Shown: positions 1 to 8,932 of the stretch, one piece after another | Position numbering within the stretch: the stretch's first letter is position 1 | Layout: every line of letters begins with the position of its first letter | NCBI GenBank assembly: GCA_964522405.1 | Contig: CAZFTR010000001.1 | Coordinates: 116,686 to 180,685 of the forward strand | DNA from: an uncultured Gammaproteobacteria bacterium | GTDB taxonomy: Bacteria; Patescibacteriota; Patescibacteriia; Magasanikbacterales; UBA922 | Reading direction: 5' to 3' | DNA: 64,000 nucleotides | Made by a program: the position numbers and the translations under genes | Notes under the pieces: generated by a model | What the model saw: only the letters and a program-made list of their open reading frames with translations | What the model was told of the DNA's origin: nothing | Databases searched by the model: none

Positions 1-33
1 CCCGGCATATCCGGGGGTTTATTTTTGAATTTG
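1..33 (+). terminator. Rho-independent terminator hairpin (CCCGGCATATCCGGG + T-run) ending a gene upstream of the window
   Basis: Seen directly: 5-bp GC stem cccgg/ccggg, 5-nt loop, followed by gggtttattttt. Confidence 0.5.
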
Positions 34-39
34 GGCGTT

Positions 40-302
40 CGCAGAGCGAGCGCCCGGGTAACCAGTCCGCCATGAACGTCTCGCCCGGTCAGGGGTGAGG
101 AAGTTTCTAGGCGATCCGGGGCTGATGAGGAGTTGCTTGTGCGGGCTGTTTGCCCGACTTGCCGCTCCCCGAGTTGTCGGGGACGCTGAAGGCTGGGGTG
201 CCTTCGCGCACACAGATCGGCTGGCCGCCACCTCGCGGGAACAGTACGTCCCCAAATATGGTGCCGCCAGCAGTATCATCCACTACTACCAGAGAACTCA
301 TG
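40..302 (-). other. GC-rich transcribed segment of unknown function behind a consensus promoter; either a leaderless small ORF (about 64 aa from ATG at 301) or an ncRNA
   Basis: Sharp compositional switch from AT-rich to GC-rich. On the minus strand there is TTGACA (332-337), a 17-nt spacer, then TATACT (309-314). A 5'-terminal ATG sits about 7 nt after the -10. No long ORF in any frame. Confidence 0.35.
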
Positions 303-308
303 AGCAAA

Positions 309-337
309 AGTATACATAAAAAAATTCACTTTGTCAA
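309..337 (-). promoter_or_regulatory. Sigma70-like promoter (TTGACA-17-TATACT) reading into the GC-rich segment at 40-302
   Basis: Hexamers and spacing read directly from the sequence. Confidence 0.5.
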
Positions 338-410
338 TAATAGATCTTGATATTATTTAGTTATTTTGCTAAAGTAAGTACAGTTTTTAAGAATAAATTA
401 AAATGAAAAT

Positions 411-1604
411 ATGCAAATAAGTACTGATCAGGAGAAAATAAATGAATTATTGTCGCGCGGAGTAGAGAATATCTATCCAACCAAAGAATTTTTAGAAGAT
501 CGCCTTGAATCAGGAGAGCAATTGTCACTTTATACTGGTTATGATCCAACTGCACCAACTCTTCATATAGGTCATGGGATTACTCTTCTTAAACTTCGCC
601 AGTTCCAAGACCTAGGCCATAAGATAATCATGTTAATTGGGGATTTTACTGCCATGATAGGAGATCCTACTGACAAAGGCGCTGCCAGACAGAAACTAAC
701 CAAGGATCAAGTAATGGCTAATTGCCAAGAATATCAAAAACAAGCCAGTAGAATTTTGGACTTTGAAGGAGAAAATCCAGCAGAATTGCGCTACAATAGT
801 GAGTGGTTGGCTGATATGAGTTTTGCCGACGTGCTGGAGTTAACTTCTCATTTTACAGTACCTCGTTTACTAGAGCGCGATATGTTTCAAGAGAGAATAA
901 AGCAAGAAAAAACAATTTACTTGCATGAATTTATGTATCCAATTATGCAGGGATATGATTGTGTGGCTATGGATGTTGATGGGGAAGTGGGTGGTAATGA
1001 TCAAACTTTCAATATGCTTGCTGGAAGAACCCTAATGAAAGATCTCAAAGACAAAGAAAAATTTGTTTTAACTTCAAAACTTCTTACTGATAGTTCTGGA
1101 AAGAAAATGGGAAAAACTGAAGGAAATATGATTTCATTTTCAGATTCTCCCCAAGATGTTTTTGGAAAGGTTATGAGTTGGACAGATGAGATGATTGTTG
1201 TTGGGATGGAGCTTTGTACCAGAGTTTCAATGTCAGAAATAGAGGAAATTGAAAAGAAAATGAAAGCTGGAGAAAATCCTAGAGATTTTAAATTGCAGCT
1301 TGCATATCAGATTACTAAAACTTTTTTAGGTGAAGAAGCAGCAGAAAAAGGTAAAACACATTTTGAAAATGTTATCCAAAGCAGTGGTAAACCTGATCAA
1401 ATTCCAGAACTTAAACCAAGCTCAAATGACATTATCACCGTTCTTGTAGAAGCTGGTTTTGCTAGTAGTAAGGGTGATGCCAGAAGAGCGATTGATGGTG
1501 GAGGAGTAAAGATAAATGATCAGAAAATAGACAAACATGATGTGCAAGTCAATTCCGGAGACTTAATACAAAAAGGTAAAAGATTTTTTGTAAAAATCGC
1601 CTAG
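411..1604 (+). CDS. tyrS: Tyrosyl-tRNA synthetase
   Basis: Class I HIGH motif (TLHIGHG), KMSKS-like KMGKT, and a C-terminal S4-like RNA-binding tail (GGGVKINDQKI...). Confidence 0.9.
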   Translation: MQISTDQEKINELLSRGVENIYPTKEFLEDRLESGEQLSLYTGYDPTAPTLHIGHGITLLKLRQFQDLGHKIIMLIGDFTAMIGDPTDKGAARQKLTKDQVMANCQEYQKQASRILDFEGENPAELRYNSEWLADMSFADVLELTSHFTVPRLLERDMFQERIKQEKTIYLHEFMYPIMQGYDCVAMDVDGEVGGNDQTFNMLAGRTLMKDLKDKEKFVLTSKLLTDSSGKKMGKTEGNMISFSDSPQDVFGKVMSWTDEMIVVGMELCTRVSMSEIEEIEKKMKAGENPRDFKLQLAYQITKTFLGEEAAEKGKTHFENVIQSSGKPDQIPELKPSSNDIITVLVEAGFASSKGDARRAIDGGGVKINDQKIDKHDVQVNSGDLIQKGKRFFVKIA

Positions 1605-1608
1605 CTTT

Positions 1609-3336
1609 ATGATTGAAATTGTAAAAAAAGAAATACAAGAATTATTAAAATCAGCAGGAGTAACTGGAGAGCTTGAAATTACTTCCCCACCAAAAAAGGA
1701 AATGGGAGATTTTGCTTTTGGCTGCTTTGCTTTGTCAAAAGAGTATGGGCGACCTGAGGGTCATCCACTTTCAGGGAAAAACCCAGCAGAAATTGCTGCT
1801 GAACTTGCTAAAAAAATTGAGCCCAAGGGACTTATCAGTAGGGTTGAAGCTGTTGGGCCTTATATAAATTTTTATATAAATAGTAGTAAATTTGCAGAAG
1901 AATTATTCAAAGGATTGGATCAGACAACAGAAAAATATGGAAAATCAGACAAAAACGCAGGAAAAAAACTAATGTTTGAATTTGCCCATCCAAATACTCA
2001 CAAAGCATTTCATATTGGACATCTGCGAGGTGTCATAACCGGAGAGAGTATTATTAGAATTTTAGAAAATTCAGGATATCAAGTAGTTCGGACAAATTAT
2101 CAGGGAGATGTGGGTATGCATATAGCCAAATGTTTCTATGGTTTGAGTCAGATGCAAGATGAATATCAATCAGTAAAAGACTTAAGCTTAGAAGAAAAAG
2201 TTTCATTTTTGGGTAAAGCTTATGCACATGGTGGTCAAGCATTTGAGGACAGTGAAGACGCTAAGGCTGAAATTATTTCATACAATGATAAGATTTATTC
2301 GCGAGATTCTTCAATAGAGAAGATGTACAAGACAACCAGAGATTGGAGTTTGGAATATTTTGATAAAATTTACCAAAGATTGGGGACTCATTTCGATAGA
2401 TTGTATTTTGAATCAGAAGTTTATGAAAGGGGGCTTGAGCTGGTAGATCAATTTCTGGAAAAAGGAATTTTCAAAAAGAGTGAAGGCGCTATAATTTTTG
2501 AAGGAAGCAGGCATGGACTTCATGATCGAGTTTTTGTGAACAGCAAGGGATTTCCAACTTATGAGGGAAAAGAAATGGCACTTGCTGAAATGCAGCTTAG
2601 TGAATATAAAATAGACAAAGTAGTTCATCTAACTGGAAAAGAACAAGCTGATTATTTCAAAGTGGTTATAAAAGCAATAGAAAGTATTTTTCCTGATTCA
2701 GTAGGAAAAGAAGAACATATTACTTATGGATGGGTTAGACTAAAACATGGGAAAATGAGTTCAAGAACCGGCCAAGTGGTTCTAGGAGAGTGGCTACTCG
2801 ATGAAATTGAAAAAAAGATTGAAGAAACCATGAAAGATCGGCAAATAAAAGACAAAGAAGATTTGCTTAGAAAAATCGGAGTGGCTGCAACAAAATATTC
2901 AATGCTCAAAACCGGAGTTCAGAGCGATATTGCTTTTGATATAGATGAAACAGTTAGTACCACAGGAGATAGTGGTCCTTATCTCTTGTATATAATCACC
3001 AGAATCAAAAGTATTCTAAAAAAGGCAAATCTTGAATCTGATTTTGAATATCCACCTCAGCAAGAAATTAAAAAAGAAGAAAAACAATTATTACTTGATC
3101 TTGCCAAATTTCCAGAAATAGTCCTAGAATCTGCACAAGATTATGATCCATCACAAATTGCCAGGTATTTATTTGGATTGGCACAGGATTTTAATGCTTT
3201 TTATCAAGAATGTTCAGTGGTAAATGCAGAAACAGAAGAAATCAAAAAAGCTCGAGTCAAACTTATCCAAGCAGTGGAGATGATTATGGAGAGAGGTCTG
3301 TTCTTGCTTGGTATTGAGCATGTGGAGGAGATGTAG
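1609..3336 (+). CDS. argS: Arginyl-tRNA synthetase
   Basis: HIGH motif (FHIGHLRG), ArgRS-type MSSRTG motif, 575 aa with an anticodon-binding C-terminal region. Confidence 0.88.
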   Translation: MIEIVKKEIQELLKSAGVTGELEITSPPKKEMGDFAFGCFALSKEYGRPEGHPLSGKNPAEIAAELAKKIEPKGLISRVEAVGPYINFYINSSKFAEELFKGLDQTTEKYGKSDKNAGKKLMFEFAHPNTHKAFHIGHLRGVITGESIIRILENSGYQVVRTNYQGDVGMHIAKCFYGLSQMQDEYQSVKDLSLEEKVSFLGKAYAHGGQAFEDSEDAKAEIISYNDKIYSRDSSIEKMYKTTRDWSLEYFDKIYQRLGTHFDRLYFESEVYERGLELVDQFLEKGIFKKSEGAIIFEGSRHGLHDRVFVNSKGFPTYEGKEMALAEMQLSEYKIDKVVHLTGKEQADYFKVVIKAIESIFPDSVGKEEHITYGWVRLKHGKMSSRTGQVVLGEWLLDEIEKKIEETMKDRQIKDKEDLLRKIGVAATKYSMLKTGVQSDIAFDIDETVSTTGDSGPYLLYIITRIKSILKKANLESDFEYPPQQEIKKEEKQLLLDLAKFPEIVLESAQDYDPSQIARYLFGLAQDFNAFYQECSVVNAETEEIKKARVKLIQAVEMIMERGLFLLGIEHVEEM

Positions 3337-3356
3337 AAGGAGTTATTATTTATATT

Positions 3357-4394
3357 ATGAGTACAAGTAGGAAAATCAATAGTGAATCTTTTTTTGAATT
3401 GGATACTTTTTCAGAAAGATGTAAATTTTTATTAAACTACGCAGTATTAGCTCCATCAACCCACAATAGCCAACCATGGCTATTTAAAATTACAGATAAT
3501 TCTTGCAAAATTTACTATGATCCATCAAAAGCTCTTGAATATGCAGACCCAATCAAAAGAGATCTGTTTATAAGCATTGGTTGTTGTGTTGAAAATTTTT
3601 TAATATCTGCAAAATATTTTAAAATGTTTGATGGTCTAAATTATGATTTTCAAAATGATGATAATTTAGTGGTAGAAATATTTCTAAAAGAAAATAATCA
3701 AAATCTAGTAGACGATAATTACTTAGAATTATTAGAGGCGATACAAAATAGATATAATGCCAGAGGATTTTTTGATAAAAGTTCTCTAGGTTTGGAAGAG
3801 ATTGAAAGTTTAACTGACAAAGCAAGTTCGCAAGTAGATCTACCTAAACAAATTGAGATTACTTGTCTTTCAGAGCAGGGGAAAATAGCTGATATAGCAG
3901 ACTTAACAGCAGAAGGGATAAAAATAGCTAATAACAATATTAATTTCAGAAAAGAATTCAATAATTGGTTTCATTCAAGCTATACAAAGAAAAAATATGG
4001 AATTCCCGGATTTGCAGTAAATATGCCTGGAGTTTTATCTCTTTTTATTCCAACTTTGGCCAAGTTTTTTAATCTGGGAAAAATTTTAGCAAAATTAAAT
4101 AGTAAAAGTATAGAATCATCACAATATATTTTTGTCTTTAGCTCAAAGCAAAGTGGGAAATCAGATTGGTTAAGTGTTGGTATGGTTTGTCAGAGATTAA
4201 TGCTGGAATTAGTTTCAAAAGGATTGCAAAATTCAATTTTTGCTGCATCAATTGAAATGGGTAACTTAAATAAAAAACTCAAAGAAATCATAAGTCTGAA
4301 TACTGAACCACATTTTTTATTTGTTTCAGGTTTGATCAAGAATGCAAAAAGATTTACTCCACGATATCAAGTTGAAAATAAAATAATTAAATAG
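3357..4394 (+). CDS. Nitroreductase-superfamily FMN oxidoreductase-like protein (long, Acg/SagB-like pseudo-dimer size)
   Basis: N-terminal nitroreductase signature ...AVLAPSTHNSQPWLF...; 345 aa is about twice a single nitroreductase fold; the C-terminal half is also nitroreductase-like. Confidence 0.55.
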   Translation: MSTSRKINSESFFELDTFSERCKFLLNYAVLAPSTHNSQPWLFKITDNSCKIYYDPSKALEYADPIKRDLFISIGCCVENFLISAKYFKMFDGLNYDFQNDDNLVVEIFLKENNQNLVDDNYLELLEAIQNRYNARGFFDKSSLGLEEIESLTDKASSQVDLPKQIEITCLSEQGKIADIADLTAEGIKIANNNINFRKEFNNWFHSSYTKKKYGIPGFAVNMPGVLSLFIPTLAKFFNLGKILAKLNSKSIESSQYIFVFSSKQSGKSDWLSVGMVCQRLMLELVSKGLQNSIFAASIEMGNLNKKLKEIISLNTEPHFLFVSGLIKNAKRFTPRYQVENKIIK

Positions 4395-4398
4395 AAAT

Positions 4399-5466
4399 AT
4401 GCCAATGATCCAGTTAGGAGAAGATTATTTAAAAAGATTCAAAGAGTTTGATTCACATAGTTCAGTCTTTAAAATTGATGAACCAAAATATGGATTCAAA
4501 GCCTTTATAGCCATTCATCGAGAGAAGAAAAATATCCCAGCATTTGGCGCAACTCGATATCGTTCTTATAAGACTGAAGAAGATGCAATTGCCAATGTTT
4601 TGAATTTATCTAAACTCATGTCTTATAAATCTGCTTTTGCTAGCTTTCCATTTACAGGTGGGAAAGCAGTAATTGTTCCAGAGGATGGCATTAAAGAAGA
4701 TAAAAAAGAGTTGATTTTTTCTGTTTATGCAGACTATTTAAATCAATTAAATAGGAGATTTGTAACAGGATCAGATATAGGAGTAAGTAAAAAAGATGTA
4801 GAAATAATGCGTAGGCAATCTGATTTTATAGTTGGCTTAACAGTTTTTCCTGCTCTTTATACTGCAATTAGTGTGTACCAGTCTATTGAAGTTGCTCTCA
4901 AAGATGTTTTTGGGTCTGCAGATATCAAGGGTAAAACCATAGCTATTCAGGGTCTTGGAAAAACCGGTTTTTGGATTATGGAGAAATTAGCCAATGCCGG
5001 GGCAAATTTGATAGTCAGTGATTTTAACCAAGATATTTTAGACAAAGTTAAAAATGATTTTAAAAATGTTTCAGTAGTTGATCCTGATAAAATCATTGAG
5101 CAAGAAGTCGATATATTTTGTCCCTGTGCTATTGGCGGAGTTATAAATAATCAAATAATTGATAAATTAAAATCTAAAATCATTGTAGGTAGTGCAAACC
5201 TTCAATTAGAAGATGATTCTGTTGATGAGATTCTCTATCAAAAAGGAATTACTTATATACCAGATTATATTGCAAATGCCGGAGGATTAATCTCAGTTGT
5301 CGATGAATACCAAAATGGTCTTGGCGAAGAGAGTCGAATAATCAAAAAGATTTATCAAAATACAGATAAATTATCTGAGGCCATAAAAAAGAGTAAAATT
5401 AACAAAGTTTCAATTTTGAAAAGCTCAAAAGAAATCACTTTTGAAAATTATGAATTAAATTCTTAG
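4399..5466 (+). CDS. Glu/Leu/Phe/Val dehydrogenase-family protein (leucine/phenylalanine dehydrogenase-like)
   Basis: Blockwise similarity to Bacillus leucine dehydrogenase: KAFIAIH, GATRYRSYKTEEDAI, FTGGKAVIV, GKTIAIQGLGKTG (Rossmann), DIFCPCAIGGVIN, IVGSANLQLED, YIPDYIANAGGLI. Confidence 0.75.
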   Translation: MPMIQLGEDYLKRFKEFDSHSSVFKIDEPKYGFKAFIAIHREKKNIPAFGATRYRSYKTEEDAIANVLNLSKLMSYKSAFASFPFTGGKAVIVPEDGIKEDKKELIFSVYADYLNQLNRRFVTGSDIGVSKKDVEIMRRQSDFIVGLTVFPALYTAISVYQSIEVALKDVFGSADIKGKTIAIQGLGKTGFWIMEKLANAGANLIVSDFNQDILDKVKNDFKNVSVVDPDKIIEQEVDIFCPCAIGGVINNQIIDKLKSKIIVGSANLQLEDDSVDEILYQKGITYIPDYIANAGGLISVVDEYQNGLGEESRIIKKIYQNTDKLSEAIKKSKINKVSILKSSKEITFENYELNS

Positions 5467-5469
5467 TAT

Positions 5470-6966
5470 ATGGATATAATAAATATCCAAAAAAAATTGA
5501 GAAGAGAAGATCAGCAAAGCTGGAAAAGAGCTGGTGAAAAAAAAGTTTTAGAATTATTTCATGCCATGTCTGAAAGAGTTCCAGCTTATAGAGATTTTCT
5601 GCAAAAAAATCAGATCAAGTATCAATCAATAAACAGAATAGAGGATTTAAATAAAATCCCAACTATTGATAAGGATAATTATCTTAGAAGATACCCATTA
5701 AAAGATCTGTGTTGGGATGGCATTTTTGATAAGGGTCAATATACAATATCTTCCACTTCCGGATCAACAGGCAAAGCTTTTTATTTTCCAAGAACAAGTA
5801 AGCAGGTTGAAGACTATGCATTGCTTGCTGAGTTGTATCTTTTAGAAAATTTTGAAATTGACAAAAAAACAACTCTTTATATAAATGCTTTTCCTATGGG
5901 ACCTTGGATTGGTGGAGTTTTTACTTATGAAGCTGTGCGATTAGTTGCTGAAAGAGGAAAATATCCTATTAGTATTATCACTCCAGGTATAAATAAAAAG
6001 GAAATATTAAATGAAATAAAGGAATTTGGAAATCAATTTGAGCAGATTCTAATTGGAAGCTATGGTCCGTTTCTAAAAGACATGATTGATGAGGGGATTG
6101 AGCAAGGAATGGACTTTGGTCAGTATAATTTTGGCTGTATTTTTTCAGCAGAAGGTTTTACAGAAGGTTTTAGAGATTATGTTATTGAAAAACTCAGTCT
6201 AAAAGACAAGTATAAAATGACTTTGAATCATTATGGAACTGTTGATCTCGGAACAATGGCTCATGAAACTCCAATAAGTATTCTGATTAGAAGGCTGGCA
6301 ATAAAAAACAGTAGTCTTTACCAGGAATTATTTGGCAATATACATAAGCTACCAACACTTTGCCAATACATGCCTGATTTGTTTTATTTTGAGAGTATTG
6401 ATAATAGATTGATTTGTAGTGCTGACAGTGGAATTCCTCTTTTGAGATATGATCTAAAGGATCATGGAGGTATTTTTACTATAGAAAATCTAGAAAAAAA
6501 ATTTAAAAAGTTTGGCCTTGATCTATATCAGGAAATGGAAGAAGTTGGATTACAAGATTCTCTATGGAATTTACCTTTTGTCTACGTCTATGAGCGAAGT
6601 GATTTTTCTGTTAGTTTGTATGCATTTCAGATTTATCCGGAAACATTGAAGCGAGCTCTACAAAATCATGATTTGCATGAACAGATTACAGGTAAATTTC
6701 ATATGTTGGTCAAATATGATCAAGAACAAAATCAATTTCTTGAAATAAATATTGAATTGAAAAAAAACCAAAAAGAGACAGATCAGCTCCGGGAAAAAAT
6801 AGAAGGTTTTATTATTGACGCCCTTTTGAAAGAAGTTTCTGAATTTGCAGAAACCTATAAGCATAATCCTCAAAAAATGAAGCCAAGTATAGTTTTTTGG
6901 CCCTATGAGGATCAGAAATATTTTAAATCAGGTATTAAGCAAAAATGGAGTAGTAAAATAAATTAA
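5470..6966 (+). CDS. PaaK / coenzyme F390 synthetase-like adenylate-forming enzyme (ANL superfamily)
   Basis: TISSTSGSTGKAFYFPRT adenylation motif preceded by the conserved PaaK-like N-terminal block (VPAYRDFL...IEDLNKIPTIDKDNYLRRYPL). Confidence 0.7.
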   Translation: MDIINIQKKLRREDQQSWKRAGEKKVLELFHAMSERVPAYRDFLQKNQIKYQSINRIEDLNKIPTIDKDNYLRRYPLKDLCWDGIFDKGQYTISSTSGSTGKAFYFPRTSKQVEDYALLAELYLLENFEIDKKTTLYINAFPMGPWIGGVFTYEAVRLVAERGKYPISIITPGINKKEILNEIKEFGNQFEQILIGSYGPFLKDMIDEGIEQGMDFGQYNFGCIFSAEGFTEGFRDYVIEKLSLKDKYKMTLNHYGTVDLGTMAHETPISILIRRLAIKNSSLYQELFGNIHKLPTLCQYMPDLFYFESIDNRLICSADSGIPLLRYDLKDHGGIFTIENLEKKFKKFGLDLYQEMEEVGLQDSLWNLPFVYVYERSDFSVSLYAFQIYPETLKRALQNHDLHEQITGKFHMLVKYDQEQNQFLEINIELKKNQKETDQLREKIEGFIIDALLKEVSEFAETYKHNPQKMKPSIVFWPYEDQKYFKSGIKQKWSSKIN

Positions 6967-6967
6967 T

Positions 6968-8047
6968 ATGGAAAATTTCACCAAACCTCTAATTTTCAAG
7001 GAAGGTTCTTACTCAAAGCAAGATATAGAGGGTTTTCATAAGAATCAGAAAATAAATAAAATTATTGATATTTATCAGGAACAGATAAGAGAGTTGTTTG
7101 AAATCAATAATCCAGGTCTAATCGGCTCAGATCAGTTTGATTTTAAACTTAAGGAATTTTCTGATTCCAAGATCGGCTCAGAGCAAATTCTGGCAGGTAA
7201 TTGGGTTTTTTTCCCTTGGAATGGTAATTTTGTCCATATGGTGGTCGAGGAGGATTATTTTTCTCTTAGGACAAATAGAAATAAAAACCTAATAACAAAA
7301 GAAGAACAATTAGCTTTATCAGAATTTACAGTAGGTTTTGTTGGTCTTTCAGTTGGCTCAGATATGGCTATAAATATGACTTATTCTGGTATAAGTAATT
7401 CCATGAAATTGGCTGAATTTGACACTCTTGAAACCACAAATTTGAATCGGCTTAGAGCAAGAGTTGATCAAATCGGCGGTAAGAAAATTGATATTACTAT
7501 GGAGAAAATTTATCAGGTTAATCCCTATGCTAATTTGATAGATTTTTCTCAAGGTATAAATAAGGAAAATTTAGATTTATTTATAAAGGGAAAAAAGAAT
7601 TTAGATTTAATTTTTGAGATTATTGATGATTTTGAAATGAAAGTACTTTTGAGAATAGCAGCCAAACAAGCAAAAATACCAATTATAATGCTAACCAATT
7701 TGGGGGATAATGTACTTATTGATATAGAGAGATATGATTTGGATCAGGAATTAAAGCCTTTCAATGGTAGGGCAGATCATGTGGTTGATCTGGTAAAATC
7801 AGGTTCCTTGACCAAGGAAGAGGTTCATAAGTATGCCATAGAAATTGTTGGAAAGGAAAATGTGCCGGAAAAAGCCCAAGATTCAGTAAAAGAAATAGGT
7901 AATACTCTGGTTGGTAGACCGCAACTTATGAGTACGGTAAGTATTTCAGGTGGTTTGGCTTCTTTTCTTTCTCGCAAGATTGCGCTTGGTAACAGTTTGC
8001 CAAGTGGTAGATATAAGTTTTCAATTGAGAATATAATTCAAAATTAG
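6968..8047 (+). CDS. ThiF/MoeB/E1-like adenylyltransferase-family protein with an extra N-terminal domain
   Basis: Rossmann plus E1 signature VGFVGLSVGSDMAINMTYSGISNSMKLAEFDTLETTNLNRL (GxGxxG ... D.D.ve.sNLnRq). Confidence 0.65.
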   Translation: MENFTKPLIFKEGSYSKQDIEGFHKNQKINKIIDIYQEQIRELFEINNPGLIGSDQFDFKLKEFSDSKIGSEQILAGNWVFFPWNGNFVHMVVEEDYFSLRTNRNKNLITKEEQLALSEFTVGFVGLSVGSDMAINMTYSGISNSMKLAEFDTLETTNLNRLRARVDQIGGKKIDITMEKIYQVNPYANLIDFSQGINKENLDLFIKGKKNLDLIFEIIDDFEMKVLLRIAAKQAKIPIIMLTNLGDNVLIDIERYDLDQELKPFNGRADHVVDLVKSGSLTKEEVHKYAIEIVGKENVPEKAQDSVKEIGNTLVGRPQLMSTVSISGGLASFLSRKIALGNSLPSGRYKFSIENIIQN

Positions 8048-8052
8048 ATTCT

Positions 8053-8931
8053 ATGAATGCTGAGGATAGTTTGCTAAATTCAATTGCAGCAGAATTGGTT
8101 ATTGATTCAATTGTTGTTGATGACAAAAAAATTAATTTTGTAGTTGCTGGGCATGGTCCTGATTTACTGCTTTTGCATGGGGCTAATATTGGTTGGGGAC
8201 AATGGTATAAAAATATAGCTGTTTTTTCAAAAAAATTTAGAGTTTATGCTATTGATTTGCCAGGCTCAGTAGGTTCTTCTCCTGTAAACTACTCAGATTT
8301 TGATCTAAATAGAGATTTGCTGGAAATAGTGGAGAAATTTATACTTGAAAAAAAACTAAAAAAACCAGTGATTGTAGGCCATTCAATAGGTGCCTGGATA
8401 GCCGCTTCAATTGCAGTTAGAGGTAAAATAGATCTTAAATCATTAGTTCTGGCACATCCTATAGGATTTTCTAAAAAAACCCCAATTAAGCAAATTCCAC
8501 TTTCAATAAAATTTATAGCAAAGTTTATCTCTAAGTTTCTGTTTAAACCTACCAAAATCAATCTAGAAAAATTTATAAGAAGTGAAATTAAACAAAAAAA
8601 ATCAATTGATCCTATTTTTGTTGATTATTATTTTGAATCAGTTAATAAAAATGAGTTATCGCATCCTTTTTTATTTATAAGTTCTCTGATGAAGCCTTTT
8701 AGGTTAAACAAACAGCTAAATTTAGTTGATGATCTTCAGAAAATAAAAAAACCAACACTAATTTTGTTTGGAAAAGATGACAAATTGGTAAAACCAAGAT
8801 ATAATTATAGCAATGCTAGTAAAATTCCCAATTCTAAGATAAAAGTTTTTGATTCTGTAGGTCATGTTTCTCCAATAGAGGCTGCAGAAGAATTTAATCG
8901 CATAGTTTTAAATTTTGCCATGCAAAGTTAA
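8053..8931 (+). CDS. Alpha/beta-fold hydrolase
   Basis: HG oxyanion motif (LLLHGANIGW), nucleophile elbow VGHSIGAW (GxSxG), C-terminal His region (VGHVSPIE). Confidence 0.7.
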   Translation: MNAEDSLLNSIAAELVIDSIVVDDKKINFVVAGHGPDLLLLHGANIGWGQWYKNIAVFSKKFRVYAIDLPGSVGSSPVNYSDFDLNRDLLEIVEKFILEKKLKKPVIVGHSIGAWIAASIAVRGKIDLKSLVLAHPIGFSKKTPIKQIPLSIKFIAKFISKFLFKPTKINLEKFIRSEIKQKKSIDPIFVDYYFESVNKNELSHPFLFISSLMKPFRLNKQLNLVDDLQKIKKPTLILFGKDDKLVKPRYNYSNASKIPNSKIKVFDSVGHVSPIEAAEEFNRIVLNFAMQS

Positions 8932-8932
8932 C

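Noticed and set aside
95-319. tmRNA (ssrA) hypothesis for GC-rich island 1, prompted by GGGGCTGATG… at 118
   Set aside because: There is no UUCGAC-type 5' pairing partner, no tRNA-Ala-like T-arm/acceptor at the 3' end, and no tag-peptide reading frame ending in ALAA-like residues. At about 260 nt it is too short.
3357-8931. Calling the enzyme module a TOMM/azoline RiPP cluster (nitroreductase-fold 'B' plus E1-like 'C')
   Set aside because: No YcaO cyclodehydratase and no candidate precursor peptide are visible. A Leu/Phe-dehydrogenase and a PaaK-like ligase are not part of that paradigm. It is left as a cluster of unknown function.
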